DNA of 64,000 nt from Methanomicrobiaceae archaeon (GCA_016928355.1 JAFGKW010000045.1:6625-70624); one strand, 5' to 3'; shown: positions 1 to 10,687, counted from the first letter of the stretch. The notes: generated by a model not told the origin, from the sequence alone. Translations and numbers: made by a program.

Positions 1-654
1 GTTCCGGGTATCGATGTCGAGACGGATGTACTGCAGAAATGCATGTCCACCCTTGACACCGCCCTTTGCCGCCCGGACAATCTCTGTGTAATACGCCTTG
101 AAGAGCTCGTTTTCCATATGGGCAAACGATCCCGATTCAACAGCTCCGGCCATCTCCCGCTCGAATACGGGGTAGAGTACATGAGCTTTCAGGGCTTCGA
201 CGATCCTGTCGGCCGAATCTTCGGCGATGAGCCTGTCGAGGGCATTCTTGTCGAGGCTTCCTGCAGGGATTGTTATCTCCCTGATCCTGCCCTGCGGAAT
301 ATCCTGGGATTTTCCGCGAAGGATCGTCAGCACGTTCTGGATGTCCCACCGAAGGAGATAACTCCGGGTAAACCCTTTCAGGTGACCCGGTACAAGCTCG
401 ATAATCTTCTGGTACTCCTTTGCAAGATTCCACGAGAGTGCGATCTCCACCAGGTCTATACCTGAAAAGGACGAGGCAAGCTCGTCGATCTCAGCCTTGT
501 AGTGCGTCTCTTCGATGATCCTGGTTATCCCTGGCAGCTCCATGTTGAGCATGCGCATATACTCCTCACGCGGGATGAGGGTCGCCTTTCGCACCTTCAT
601 GCGAGTGCAGGCGTATATGTAGGGTGCAGGGCCTGTAGTATTTACTGCAGCCAT
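1..654 (-). CDS. atpC: A-type ATP synthase subunit C (3' end runs off the window start)
   Basis: Hand translation from ATG 654: MAAVNTTGPAPYIYACTRMKVRKATLIPREEYMRMLNM..., open to position 1. Purine-rich RBS upstream; position after subunit E matches operon order H-I-K-E-C. Not in the ORF track because it is truncated. Confidence 0.92.
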   Translation of the reverse strand, partial: MAAVNTTGPAPYIYACTRMKVRKATLIPREEYMRMLNMELPGITRIIEETHYKAEIDELASSFSGIDLVEIALSWNLAKEYQKIIELVPGHLKGFTRSYLLRWDIQNVLTILRGKSQDIPQGRIREITIPAGSLDKNALDRLIAEDSADRIVEALKAHVLYPVFEREMAGAVESGSFAHMENELFKAYYTEIVRAAKGGVKGGHAFLQYIRLDIDTRN

Positions 655-669
655 TTTCTGCCTCCCCCT

Positions 670-1248
670 CTACCCAAAGAGCGTCTCTGATGCGCCCCGG
701 AGTCCGGTCTCCCAGACCTCGGAAAGATAGGCGCCGTAACTGTAATCCAGCTGCAGCTGCCCGTCTTTGCTCTCGGCAATGACGCCACCGGAGATATCTT
801 TTGTTCCTGCCAGCGAGAATCCGGCGAGGGTCTTAAGCTCTGAGATTGCCGATTCGACTGCAGCCTTATCACGCTCACTGCAGTAGAATACACCCTCTCC
901 AAGCTCCTTTGCCGCTGCCTTGCAGAGCTCACGAACCGCCTTTTTATGGAAATCATCCGGCAGATCGCTGATTGCTTTGACAGTTGCAGCATAGACCTCG
1001 TCCAGCAGGGCCTTCTCCGCATTTAAGACCTGGCGCTTTACAGCCAGGTTTCCTGCGGCTATCTCCCTGTTGACGATCTGGGCGGACTGCTTAACAGCAT
1101 CCTCCTCAGCCGAGGTCTTGATGACTGCAACCTGCTCTCCGGCTTCTGCAAGAATCTTATCAGATTCTGCTTTGCCTTCAGCTTTGATTGCAGAGGCCTC
1201 TTTTTCGCCCTTTGCCTTAATCTCGCCGACTACAGCATCCAATGCCAT
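670..1248 (-). CDS. atpE: A-type ATP synthase subunit E
   Basis: N-terminal Ala/Glu/Lys coiled coil, C-terminal 'ISGGVIAES..G...LDYSY' motif; operon context. Confidence 0.95.
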   Translation of the reverse strand: MALDAVVGEIKAKGEKEASAIKAEGKAESDKILAEAGEQVAVIKTSAEEDAVKQSAQIVNREIAAGNLAVKRQVLNAEKALLDEVYAATVKAISDLPDDFHKKAVRELCKAAAKELGEGVFYCSERDKAAVESAISELKTLAGFSLAGTKDISGGVIAESKDGQLQLDYSYGAYLSEVWETGLRGASETLFG

Positions 1249-1274
1249 TGTCTTATCTACTCCTGGAAATTTGC

Positions 1275-1526
1275 TTATGTGAAGAGCAGAAGAAGTGCAA
1301 CAACAAGACCAAAGATAACCACTGTTTCCGGAATAACCGTGAAGAGAAGTGCGAGACCGAACATCTCCTTATTTTCTGCGGTTGCTCCTACTGCTGCTCC
1401 ACCAATACCGAGCTGTGCGAGACCGGTACCCATTCCTGCAAGACCTACTGCGAGACCTGCACCGATTGCTTTGAATCCGACTGCTGATGCTTCAGCAACT
1501 TCAATTGTCATAGTTTCTACTGCCAT
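1275..1526 (-). CDS. atpK: A-type ATP synthase proteolipid subunit K (c)
   Basis: 83 aa, Gly-rich hairpin GAGLAVGLAG, ion-binding Glu in 'IPET'. Confidence 0.96.
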   Translation of the reverse strand: MAVETMTIEVAEASAVGFKAIGAGLAVGLAGMGTGLAQLGIGGAAVGATAENKEMFGLALLFTVIPETVVIFGLVVALLLLFT

Positions 1527-1529
1527 TTT

Positions 1530-3503
1530 TTAATCCTCCGTAAATTTCCTGATTATACCAAACGGTTCGTATTTTCTTCCGCCGCCCTGGTAGAACTTTG
1601 TGAAAAATTCCACGTAGTGGAGACGAATCGAGTGTAGACCACCGCCAAGGAGACCAAGTGCGGTGTTCAATATGTGTCCTATAAGGAATACAACGATTCC
1701 CACAATTATCATTACAATGCTTACTATGCCGAAATCCGCCATCGCAGGCTCAATAATCATACCGATTGATATGAAGTTTGTAACCGCTGCAATTGCAACC
1801 GATGAAAGACCGACTGCAGCCAGACGCGTATAAGATAGTACGTGGCTGATGATTGTCGGGAGTTCCATAAGTTCGAGTGCGGATTCCCTTCCAATTCCAA
1901 CAATTCCAATAAGAATCATCAGGGCGCCGACAAGCAGGAATATATTGTACCCTGCAATCGCCATTGCACCTGTAAGATCAGGCATCATCGGGATCGGTGC
2001 AATCGTCCATATCGCCAGGAGAATCCCCCACATGACAATAATCCACCCAATCTGGGCGAAAACCACCTTGCTGCGGTGTTCTCCCGGGTGGAGCTGGATC
2101 ATTGCATTTCTGGCATGAATAGCTCTTCCAAGTGTAATATGCAGAATACCGATCCATGCCGTTACAATCAGCAGAAGGATCGCTTCAGGCCCGTGACCGC
2201 CGTGTGCCGCACCGATATTGAAATGGCGGCTCATGATGATCGGGTTCCACGGACATGCAAAACCAAGGAATTCGCTGTACAGCACACCAAATATTATACT
2301 TGATACACTGGCGTTTCTCAAAACATCGAGCAGCTGGTTTCCAGCAACACTGTCTTTGACAAGTTTGCGGAGCCCGAAGCTCATTATTAAGAGAACTGCT
2401 CCATATCCGATATCTCCGAGTATAAATCCAAAGAATATCGGGAACACGATCGCGACAAGAAGTGTCGGATCGAACTCGGTATACTGAGGCCTGGAGTATA
2501 TATCCATCAAAGCCTCTGTGGGCTTTGCCCAGTTCGGGCTGTTATACTCGATAGGTACAGCATCCTCATCGTAGTTGATCTCCTCTTCGGTGACGAACAC
2601 CTTTCCACCTGTGGAAGCCCGGAGATCGTTTGTAAGGCTTTCCACATCGTCTGATGGCACCCACCCTTCGGCAACAAATGCCTCATTGGTAGTTGCGAAT
2701 CTCAATGGTGCTTCTGCACGCTCAACATCTGCCGTGAGCAGTTCTTCGCATGCCACCAAAAATTCTGCGTGCTTTTCTTTCTGAGCAGAAATCTGCTCTG
2801 ATAACTGACCAATCTCGCTCTCGAGACGGGTAATCTCCTGATTGTACTTCTCAATGTTAGACTCCGCCGTGCCATCCTCAACAGGAATGGCAACAGCCGT
2901 AAACCCGTTGTCTACAAGAAACCTTTCGACTTCCTGTGACGACTCTTTGGGCACGACTGCAATCAGGAGGTTTCCGGGAACCTCGGCAGTGAAGAATTTT
3001 TCACTGTCCACCGGCAGCTCGACATCCTGCGGGATAGATCCTGCAAAAACGTCGAAACCGTCGTATCCCCGTAGTAATGAAAGATCCATCGGGACTTTTG
3101 CAAAGATTTCCAGGTCTTCCAGTTTCTGGATATACTCCCTGTGATTGCTCTCGAAAGAGTTCCTGCGTTCAACTAAAACGCCGATCTCATCCTCAATCTT
3201 TGGGAGTTCACTCTCAATCCTTGTTGAGAGCGCACCTTTTCCCTGCACCACTCCTGATTCTACATCGCCGGCTGAAATGCCGATCATGTTCGATAAGGAA
3301 CGGATCCTGAGAAGCTTTCCGGAAGTAGCGGAGGCTCCTTCGATCGGTTTCCCGATCTTAAAGCCTTCGTAGCCCTCCTCCCCCTGCTCGACAAAGTCCT
3401 CTATGTGAAAGACATTGTGACGGTACAACTCACGTATAACCGGTTCAAGCTGATCTTTAGACGCTGCGATGAGCAGCTTGCTCATCCTCTGGACTTTAAA
3501 CAT
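1530..3503 (-). CDS. atpI: A-type ATP synthase subunit I (a)
   Basis: Motifs GDIGYG, 'LSYTRLAA' (essential Arg), 'RLHYVEFFTKFY'. Confidence 0.97.
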   Translation of the reverse strand: MFKVQRMSKLLIAASKDQLEPVIRELYRHNVFHIEDFVEQGEEGYEGFKIGKPIEGASATSGKLLRIRSLSNMIGISAGDVESGVVQGKGALSTRIESELPKIEDEIGVLVERRNSFESNHREYIQKLEDLEIFAKVPMDLSLLRGYDGFDVFAGSIPQDVELPVDSEKFFTAEVPGNLLIAVVPKESSQEVERFLVDNGFTAVAIPVEDGTAESNIEKYNQEITRLESEIGQLSEQISAQKEKHAEFLVACEELLTADVERAEAPLRFATTNEAFVAEGWVPSDDVESLTNDLRASTGGKVFVTEEEINYDEDAVPIEYNSPNWAKPTEALMDIYSRPQYTEFDPTLLVAIVFPIFFGFILGDIGYGAVLLIMSFGLRKLVKDSVAGNQLLDVLRNASVSSIIFGVLYSEFLGFACPWNPIIMSRHFNIGAAHGGHGPEAILLLIVTAWIGILHITLGRAIHARNAMIQLHPGEHRSKVVFAQIGWIIVMWGILLAIWTIAPIPMMPDLTGAMAIAGYNIFLLVGALMILIGIVGIGRESALELMELPTIISHVLSYTRLAAVGLSSVAIAAVTNFISIGMIIEPAMADFGIVSIVMIIVGIVVFLIGHILNTALGLLGGGLHSIRLHYVEFFTKFYQGGGRKYEPFGIIRKFTED

Positions 3504-3819
3504 TGACCTTCACCTTGAACTGTGAAACAAGTTGTTCCACTGCTTTGTCAAGGTTGGAGGCTGCGTTCTTTTTGAGAGCTTCAGCTCGCTTCTCACCGTC
3601 TTTGACGATCTCTGCGTATTTTTTGGCTGCCTCAGCCCTTGCGTCTGCGATGCGCTTGTTCTTGTACTCTTCGGCATCTGACTTTGCTTTCGCAATAAGA
3701 TTTCCAGCTTCCTGCTCCGCGTTAGCGATTGCGCGCTTTTTCTCATCGTGAGCAGCGCTGACCATAGATTTGTACTCTTCTTCTGTCTCTTTGATGCTCT
3801 TGAGGACCTCAGTCTTCAT
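3496..3819 (-). CDS. atpH: A-type ATP synthase subunit H (G)
   Basis: 107 aa charged coiled coil, first gene of the operon, GAGGAGG RBS. Confidence 0.9.
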   Translation of the reverse strand: MKTEVLKSIKETEEEYKSMVSAAHDEKKRAIANAEQEAGNLIAKAKSDAEEYKNKRIADARAEAAKKYAEIVKDGEKRAEALKKNAASNLDKAVEQLVSQFKVKVNV

Positions 3820-3991
3820 CCAACCCTCCTCTCACGGCAATACATTAAGTATCATATAGGAAGGCTATTAATGATTTTTATTTCAGGTTGAGGTTAGCTT
3901 TTTTTTCAAGGGGATAAAACCGGGAACTCTTTCCCGGGTAACAGCACTCCGCCCCTCCCAAAAAAGGGTCAAACCACCCGGTTTTAAACAG

Positions 3992-4447
3992 TTAGAGCTT
4001 TGATATTGAGAAGAGATCCGCTTCGCCCTCCGGGACAAAAACCTCCACCCCTCCCGGTGCCGAAGATAGCCTCAGGTTCCCGAACTCTTCGGGTGCACAG
4101 ATCAAATCCTGCTCGGGATGCGTCCCGCGTGTGATGTCGCAGCGGGGAATTACCTCAGGGCCTGCAGATACAACCATCGACAGCCTAGCTGATCCCGGGT
4201 GAGCCTTCGGCAGAACGAAGACAGGCTGGTGATATGTCCGGACGAGTTCGATCAATATCGCCGCATGGCGGAGATCCCCTCCCTCCGGGGCGGATACCAC
4301 TATTAAATCGCCCTCTCCGACGGTCTGGCAGATCTCTTTTTCAAATGTCTCGATACAGAGAACGAAAAGCTCTGCTGCCTTTGCAACAAGTAAAAAAGGA
4401 TTACCTCTCCTGATTAAAAGAAGTTCTCTTTCAAGAGGGACAATCAT
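3992..4447 (-). CDS. Hypothetical protein
   Basis: 151 aa ORF translationally coupled (ATGA overlap) to an upstream small ORF; no recognisable motif. Confidence 0.7.
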   Translation of the reverse strand: MIVPLERELLLIRRGNPFLLVAKAAELFVLCIETFEKEICQTVGEGDLIVVSAPEGGDLRHAAILIELVRTYHQPVFVLPKAHPGSARLSMVVSAGPEVIPRCDITRGTHPEQDLICAPEEFGNLRLSSAPGGVEVFVPEGEADLFSISKL

Positions 4448-4596
4448 ACAAGATCTACAGATTCCGACTGGCAGGTGGGACAGACAGGGCGTTTTGAGAC
4501 ACTCTCAAATGTTGCCCCGCAATTCCTGCATTTGTATTTTTTTGATTTGACGCGATCATTCAGCTCGACGTCGAATCCTCCGGCTCCTGAACACAT
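4444..4596 (-). CDS. Small zinc-ribbon protein (50 aa)
   Basis: Hand translation MCSGAGGFDVELNDRVKSKKYKCRNCGATFESVSKRPVCPTCQSESVDLV*; two CxxC pairs; stop overlaps the next ATG. Confidence 0.8.
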   Translation of the reverse strand: MCSGAGGFDVELNDRVKSKKYKCRNCGATFESVSKRPVCPTCQSESVDLV

Positions 4597-4633
4597 TACA
4601 ATTTCACCTGAAAATAGATAGTCCGGGGATTAT

Positions 4634-5533
4634 TTAATCCTTTTTGGTTTTTGACGGCTCAACGTGAATTGTCACAAATATCCGTCCGAATTTTGTCTTC
4701 ATTGCCTCCTCAATCCGATCCGTCAGCTCATGAGACTCATTTACACTAAGAGTCCCGGGAACATTGAGATGAAATTCAATAAAACGGTCCGGACCGGCCC
4801 TCCGCGACTTGAATGCATGAAAACTCACATCATTCCCACAGAACCTCTTTATCATCTCAAGCATCTCCGCGGTCTCTCCCTCCGGAAGCGATCTGTCAGT
4901 AAGATGGCCTAATGCCCTCTTTATCAGATCATAGGCTGCATGCAGGATAACAAACGAAATCCCTATTGCAATAATCGAATCAAGCTCGGCAATGCCCGTA
5001 ATCCGGATAAGAACGAGCCCGACCATAACTCCGGCCGAGGTAAAGACGTCGGTACGAAGGTGCCAGCCGTCGCTCTCAAGGGCAATTGAGCCCGTCTCCT
5101 CTGCAACCGCGAAGAGCCTGGATGAAACATAGAAGTTCATCACAGTCGATATCAGCATGACAATAATTCCGACAAAAAGGAACTCCTGTGAGGCGATCTC
5201 ATGACCCCCTGCAAGATTCATGAAGGCCTCATAGAGAATTATAAGCGAGGCGGCAACGATCAGGACGGCCTCGACGATTCCCGAAATATCCTCGAACTTG
5301 CCGTGCCCGTATTCGTGGCACCCGTCGGGCGGAATCGCGGATTTTTTTACTGAGATATATGCTATTGCAGCTGCAACGAGGTCTACGGCCGAATGAACCG
5401 CTTCGGAGATGATGCTTATCGAACCGATGGATAAACCGGCACCAAGTTTCATAAAAACAAGGAAAGTATTGGATAATATCGATAAGCGGGCGACATTTTT
5501 CTTCTTAAGGTTCTCACCCGAAATATCTCTCAT
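4634..5533 (-). CDS. Cation diffusion facilitator (FieF-like) metal transporter
   Basis: HSAVD and HLRTD metal-site motifs, 'YGHGKFE', C-terminal 'IHVEP'. Confidence 0.93.
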   Translation of the reverse strand: MRDISGENLKKKNVARLSILSNTFLVFMKLGAGLSIGSISIISEAVHSAVDLVAAAIAYISVKKSAIPPDGCHEYGHGKFEDISGIVEAVLIVAASLIILYEAFMNLAGGHEIASQEFLFVGIIVMLISTVMNFYVSSRLFAVAEETGSIALESDGWHLRTDVFTSAGVMVGLVLIRITGIAELDSIIAIGISFVILHAAYDLIKRALGHLTDRSLPEGETAEMLEMIKRFCGNDVSFHAFKSRRAGPDRFIEFHLNVPGTLSVNESHELTDRIEEAMKTKFGRIFVTIHVEPSKTKKD

Positions 5534-5556
5534 GTTAATGCCCGATTATTCCCCTT

Positions 5557-6141
5557 TTAATAGAGGATATTAACATTGTCAATCTGCCAGGGAGCACTTC
5601 TCCTGATAATCAGTGACATTGAGGATGTGGAAGTGAGTTCAAGCGAAAAATCCTCTCCCGGACCTATCTCCTCACCGGGAGTCAGGTTGACATAAACTGT
5701 ATACACCTCATTCTCCTCAAGAACAGTATCTCCGGTGGCGGTAGAGGGTTTTATACTTATAATGCCCCATTTCCCCTCATCTATCATCGAATCATAAAGC
5801 GGTTCGTTCGCATCGTAGATCCTGATATCGTCTTTTGTCGTCCAGGTAAGAACCATCTTGTCGAATGCGACATATTTACCACCAGGAGCAAGACCAACAT
5901 TGAATCTAATGATGCCTATCTCGTCATCGGCACGCTTTAAGCCATGTACATTTCCAAGAATTTCAAGAGCTGAACCGGTCTGCTGAAGGGCGGAATATGC
6001 CGTTCTCTCGGTCTGTTGTGTTGCAAAATATCCGGCTCCGATTACAGCAAAGGCAAAAACAGAAGCAACTACAACAAAAGCAATCAGTACTATCGCCGCT
6101 TCCAGGCCGGTAAAGGCCCCGCTCCGCTCCCGCAAAATCAT
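5557..6141 (-). CDS. flaB: Archaellin (archaeal flagellin)
   Basis: Class III signal peptide 'ERSGA/FTGLEAAIVLIAFVVVASVF'. Confidence 0.9.
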   Translation of the reverse strand: MILRERSGAFTGLEAAIVLIAFVVVASVFAFAVIGAGYFATQQTERTAYSALQQTGSALEILGNVHGLKRADDEIGIIRFNVGLAPGGKYVAFDKMVLTWTTKDDIRIYDANEPLYDSMIDEGKWGIISIKPSTATGDTVLEENEVYTVYVNLTPGEEIGPGEDFSLELTSTSSMSLIIRRSAPWQIDNVNILY

Positions 6142-6348
6142 GACAATTGAACTCCGACAAATCCGGATTGTCGTTTTTATATGTATTATAACCTGACAAT
6201 TTATTTAGGCATTATTGTATATGCACTTAATCGGGAACAAAAAAATGAAAAATATTCGTTTTAATAAAGCTTTTGAAATGATATATTTCGCAGGGAAGGC
6301 AGCCGTTGCATATTTTTTTTCACAAGTAAAGAGATGTTCTGATATTTT

Positions 6349-8286
6349 TCATATGAACAGGTTGAATATCAGCAGCGAAATAATCAGCATAACCGCCACA
6401 TGCTTGATTCCGGATTTTACCATTCCTTCACCCATCTGCCCTGCAATAATTCCTGAAAAGATCGCCTGGATAAGACAGGTATGATACAGCAGCCGCCTGA
6501 AGACATCAATGTCCATCTCGGCAGCCATTGTAAAAGACGATGAGCCGGAGACCGAGGAACTTCCGGCAGTGACATTGCCAAGTTCCCCGATTATCTGGAG
6601 AAAGTTCGTATTAAGAACCGAGACTACGAAGATAAAGACGAAGAATGCCAGGTATATAATAACGGTATAGATGAACATCTCTCCGCCCCTCTCCTTTTTC
6701 AGTGTCTCGCTCATCCTCGCATCACCAGATGCAATACTCAGTACTTCTCCGATATCCCCGCTCATTTCACTCGCTTTGGTGATGAGCGTTACAGTCCTTG
6801 CAACAGCAGCGGTATTGACACGCTCTTCAAACCTGACAAGTGCGTCCCTGACACTCGCCCCCCATTCGAGATCCCTCTTAATCCTCCTGATCTCATAGGA
6901 GATAAGACCAAGATTTGCCTTAACAAGAACATCAATTGCACCGGCAAGAGTCAGACCCACCCTGTTTATTCCTGAGAGCCTGTCGAGAAAATCAGGAATT
7001 GAAGATTCAATTCCACGGAGTTTCCTCCGCCATAATTCAAAAAATAGCGCATATGGGACCACAATAATCAGCATTGCAATTATCAGGTGATCATCTATTA
7101 CATCATAATAGATCTCCGGATCCGCATATGCAGGAGTTAGAATGTACAGTACAATGAGATAGATCAGGAAGAGGGGGATCGTGAAGTACAGGGAACGGTT
7201 GGCATCAGTTATGAACCAATCAAGCGGATTTTTAATAAACGCACGGATTGCCTTCATCCTGTCATATCTGTCAAGCGCCCTGAAATTCTGTTCTTCACCT
7301 TCTTTCTCTTCGAGAACAACGTCATCGAACTGCTTCATTTCGACAATACGCGTGTACTTTTCAACGATCTCATCAGAAAGAGTCATCATATCGATGAAGA
7401 GGATGAATATACTCGCTCCTACGGGAAGTAGAATATATGTTATAACGCTCAGCTGCAGAACGGCTGAAGTCCCGACCATTCCCATAACAACCATTATTAT
7501 TATCAGGAAGAGCGGCCCGGCGACAAATACCGTGACATAGGACTCCGCAATTACCTGGAGTGTCGAGAGGAACTGCAGCTGCTCGAACCTTGCCTCCTCC
7601 TGGTACAGCCGAACCCTGCCTTCAAGATAATGGGCAATGTTTCCTCCGCTGCCTATAACCGATATAAGGTCCTCAAGAAAGTCCTTGAGTTTGGCCGAAG
7701 GGGTGGTCATGCTAAGATTACGGAGAGCTGTAAGAAGGTCATATCCAAAGTATTCGGCATCCCTCAGCACCTGCCTGAACTCGACTGCCACTTCCCCATA
7801 TACAGCTGCATTCTCTGATATAGACCTCATAATCTCCAGCATCTCAGCACCGCCCCTTCTCATGGCATACATATACGATACTGCATTATGAAGTGAGAGA
7901 TTGATCTTAGTTCCCCGCGATGATTTCTTAATTGCAGGATACTTCAACATCAGCCGGTAGGCGATTATCGTCGTCAGTACAAATATTAACAGAAATGTAA
8001 GCAGGCTGAAATTAGCCTGGTTAAGTTCGGGGACGTAGTATGAAGGTAAATGAATGTTGAATACATTGTAGATCTGTATTGATATTCTCGGGATGTATAC
8101 AAGGGAGGCAATAATGGATCCGGCAATCCCTATGCAAAAACCTGCGGCTAAGGCACTTATCAGGCATAACTGCATGAACCTGTAAAGCGTTATACCCATC
8201 CTTGCAGAGATCAGATCTGCATGGAGTTCGAGATATGCATCAGGATTCCTCTTCAGCCTCCAGCTGATATACCGGTCTACGATCAT
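6349..8286 (-). CDS. Type IV pilus/type II secretion inner-membrane platform protein (T2SSF, PilC/TadC-like)
   Basis: Two T2SSF-like halves, 'YGEVAVEF', 'TTPS..L..FL', multiple TM segments; overlaps the ATPase stop. Confidence 0.9.
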   Translation of the reverse strand: MIVDRYISWRLKRNPDAYLELHADLISARMGITLYRFMQLCLISALAAGFCIGIAGSIIASLVYIPRISIQIYNVFNIHLPSYYVPELNQANFSLLTFLLIFVLTTIIAYRLMLKYPAIKKSSRGTKINLSLHNAVSYMYAMRRGGAEMLEIMRSISENAAVYGEVAVEFRQVLRDAEYFGYDLLTALRNLSMTTPSAKLKDFLEDLISVIGSGGNIAHYLEGRVRLYQEEARFEQLQFLSTLQVIAESYVTVFVAGPLFLIIIMVVMGMVGTSAVLQLSVITYILLPVGASIFILFIDMMTLSDEIVEKYTRIVEMKQFDDVVLEEKEGEEQNFRALDRYDRMKAIRAFIKNPLDWFITDANRSLYFTIPLFLIYLIVLYILTPAYADPEIYYDVIDDHLIIAMLIIVVPYALFFELWRRKLRGIESSIPDFLDRLSGINRVGLTLAGAIDVLVKANLGLISYEIRRIKRDLEWGASVRDALVRFEERVNTAAVARTVTLITKASEMSGDIGEVLSIASGDARMSETLKKERGGEMFIYTVIIYLAFFVFIFVVSVLNTNFLQIIGELGNVTAGSSSVSGSSSFTMAAEMDIDVFRRLLYHTCLIQAIFSGIIAGQMGEGMVKSGIKHVAVMLIISLLIFNLFI

Positions 8287-10478
8287 AGAAATGCCTTCTT
8301 AAGATCACTCAGATTCTCCAACACATTTGCGGAATTGATTGCATATGCCTGGAATACCTTTGTTACGTTTATATAATCGATAATGCCCTGGTCGTGCATT
8401 GCCTGTATGATCTTCTGCCGCCTGACAATCTCTTCCGACATCTCCTCCTTGCTCCACCCCCTGACTTCCATTATTTTTGTATAAACCTGTGACCTCCCGG
8501 AATAGGAATGGATGTCAGAGACCGGATCATAATCGAAAACAGTGTTAACACGGAGGTTGCCTGTGCCCGGATCGATTCCCGCGATCTCGACGACCTCAAG
8601 GGCACGCCTTACCCTCTCCTTTCCCCTGAATACGAGCGCCTGAACGGTGACGATATCAAGCGCCTGCACCATGTTCCTTGGGACGTTCAACGGAGCATTC
8701 TCAAGCCTGTGAATAGCTGCATCGACACTGTTGGCATGGAGAGTCGAGAAAGTCGTATGGCCGGTATTCATAGCCTGGAAGAGAGTCTGGGCCTCAACAC
8801 CCCTCACTTCACCTACGAGTATGTACTCGGGTCTCTGCCTCATTGCAGCCTTTAGGAGATCGAACATATCTATCTTCGACCCCGAACTCTCTGTGACGGA
8901 CTCCCTCGTAACCGTTGCAATCCAGTTTTCATGGTAGAGGGTGATTTCCCTTGTGTCCTCTATGCTGACAATCTTTGAAAGCGGCGGGATAAACAGGGAC
9001 ACCGCATTCAGGGAGGTTGTCTTTCCGCTTGCAGTCCCGCCGACAAAAAGCAGGCTCTTGTTGTTCTCGATAGCAAGCCAGAAGTACACGAGCTGGTCGA
9101 CATTGAATGTTCCGTAGTCGATAAGTTCAATTGGGCTGAAAGGCTCTTCACGGAACTTTCTTATCGTAAACGAGGTCCCCCTGCTGGTGACCTCCTTTCC
9201 GAGAGTCAGCTGGAGACGTGACCCGTCAGGGAGGGTTGCATCAAGCATCGGCTGGGATACGGATATGTGCTTTCCGGATCTCTGGGCGAGGAGAATAGCA
9301 AGCGAGTATAGAGTATCCTCATCAAAGATCACATTTGTCCTGATGTTTCTATACTTCCGGTGGTACAGGAATATTGGTATCTCCGACCCGTCGCAGGATA
9401 TATCCTCGATGTTTGGATCGATCATTAGAGAGTCAAGCCTTGACCACCCAAGGAAGTTCCTGAAGAGATAATACTGGAGTTTAAAGAGGGTATCATCCTC
9501 AACCTTAACATTATACTCATGTAAAAGGCGACTCATCTTCTCCATTAAAACTTTCTTTTTGTCCTCCAGTATCTCCTCATCGGTCAGGATAAGGACATCT
9601 CTCATATCCTCATAGAGCCTTTCGGCAAGTTCCAGTTCGAATCTCGATAGTTTGGGTTCATAGAGCAGGTACTCCTCAAGGTTTGTAGAAGGGTTCCTTG
9701 CGATAACAACCCTGGAACGGCCCTCATGAATCCAGTAATCCTCCACAATAGTGTAACCATCCGGAAGAACAGGCTCTACAAGAGACCCGTCTGTCGCAAA
9801 GTCATATATCCGGATCGATTCAACCTTTTTCTTCAGGAATAAAAATCCCTTCTTCTTTTCCTCAACGACAACCTTCTTCTTCCTTCCCGGCCTGCCTATA
9901 TCAGCTGATCCCTTATCTCCTGCTCCCGAAGATATGGAAGTGCCGGTTATTGTATCCTCATCCGCAGAACGAATTGTTATTTCTATAGGTTCTCCTGATC
10001 CAGGTCCGGCCTCCGGTTCTGTGTAGGTCTCTTCAACAGGAACGGGCTTCTCCTGATCTTCCTTTCCGGCAGGTTCTATAGCTGCAGTTTCTTCTTCATC
10101 TCCGGAAGGCGTCACCTGAAAGGGAGTTCCCTGCTCCTCTTCGGTAACAACAATATCTTCATTGACCGCTTTTTCTTCATCACCGCCGGTGGTCTGAATA
10201 GGGTTTAAGACTTCCTCTTTCCTTTCAGCCGGCTCTATAGATCCCGGTTGAACCGGTTCAGCTGTTGGAATAATAAATTCTCCGGCAGAATCAGGGGATT
10301 CAGTAATTGCATCTTTTTTGTCTCCGGGTTCTCCGCTTTCGCCTTCAGGGGAATCCTCAGCACCGGCATCCTCCTCTCCCAAGACCCCTCTGATAAGTTC
10401 AGACAGATCCGGCTCTCCGGTTTCTTCACTGCCGGATTTTTCCTTCTTCTCTTTTTTATGATAACCGGGAAAAGGCAT
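8283..10478 (-). CDS. Type IV pilus assembly ATPase (VirB11/PilB/FlaI family) with long acidic N-terminal extension
   Basis: Walker A GGTASGKTT, 'SIEDTRE', 'RQRPEYILVGEVRG', His box 'TGH...STLHA'. Confidence 0.94.
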   Translation of the reverse strand: MPFPGYHKKEKKEKSGSEETGEPDLSELIRGVLGEEDAGAEDSPEGESGEPGDKKDAITESPDSAGEFIIPTAEPVQPGSIEPAERKEEVLNPIQTTGGDEEKAVNEDIVVTEEEQGTPFQVTPSGDEEETAAIEPAGKEDQEKPVPVEETYTEPEAGPGSGEPIEITIRSADEDTITGTSISSGAGDKGSADIGRPGRKKKVVVEEKKKGFLFLKKKVESIRIYDFATDGSLVEPVLPDGYTIVEDYWIHEGRSRVVIARNPSTNLEEYLLYEPKLSRFELELAERLYEDMRDVLILTDEEILEDKKKVLMEKMSRLLHEYNVKVEDDTLFKLQYYLFRNFLGWSRLDSLMIDPNIEDISCDGSEIPIFLYHRKYRNIRTNVIFDEDTLYSLAILLAQRSGKHISVSQPMLDATLPDGSRLQLTLGKEVTSRGTSFTIRKFREEPFSPIELIDYGTFNVDQLVYFWLAIENNKSLLFVGGTASGKTTSLNAVSLFIPPLSKIVSIEDTREITLYHENWIATVTRESVTESSGSKIDMFDLLKAAMRQRPEYILVGEVRGVEAQTLFQAMNTGHTTFSTLHANSVDAAIHRLENAPLNVPRNMVQALDIVTVQALVFRGKERVRRALEVVEIAGIDPGTGNLRVNTVFDYDPVSDIHSYSGRSQVYTKIMEVRGWSKEEMSEEIVRRQKIIQAMHDQGIIDYINVTKVFQAYAINSANVLENLSDLKKAFL

Positions 10479-10687
10479 TTTTCATAACTCCAGAGTATAT
10501 TATAAAATCCTGAGAGGATATTAATTGATTCTGATTTAATAAAAGATAATCATTTATATATATATTACCATAATTTGGCAGTCTGCCCATGCTTTTAAAC
10601 GCCGCAATTATATTTACTTCCTTCCACCCGGGACCGGTTTCAGCAAAATCTTTACATAAAAGGCAGATGAATGTATCATTAATTAAT

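Noticed and set aside
43-690. ORFs 43-465, 137-433 and 502-690
   Set aside because: Alternative frames over the truncated atpC gene
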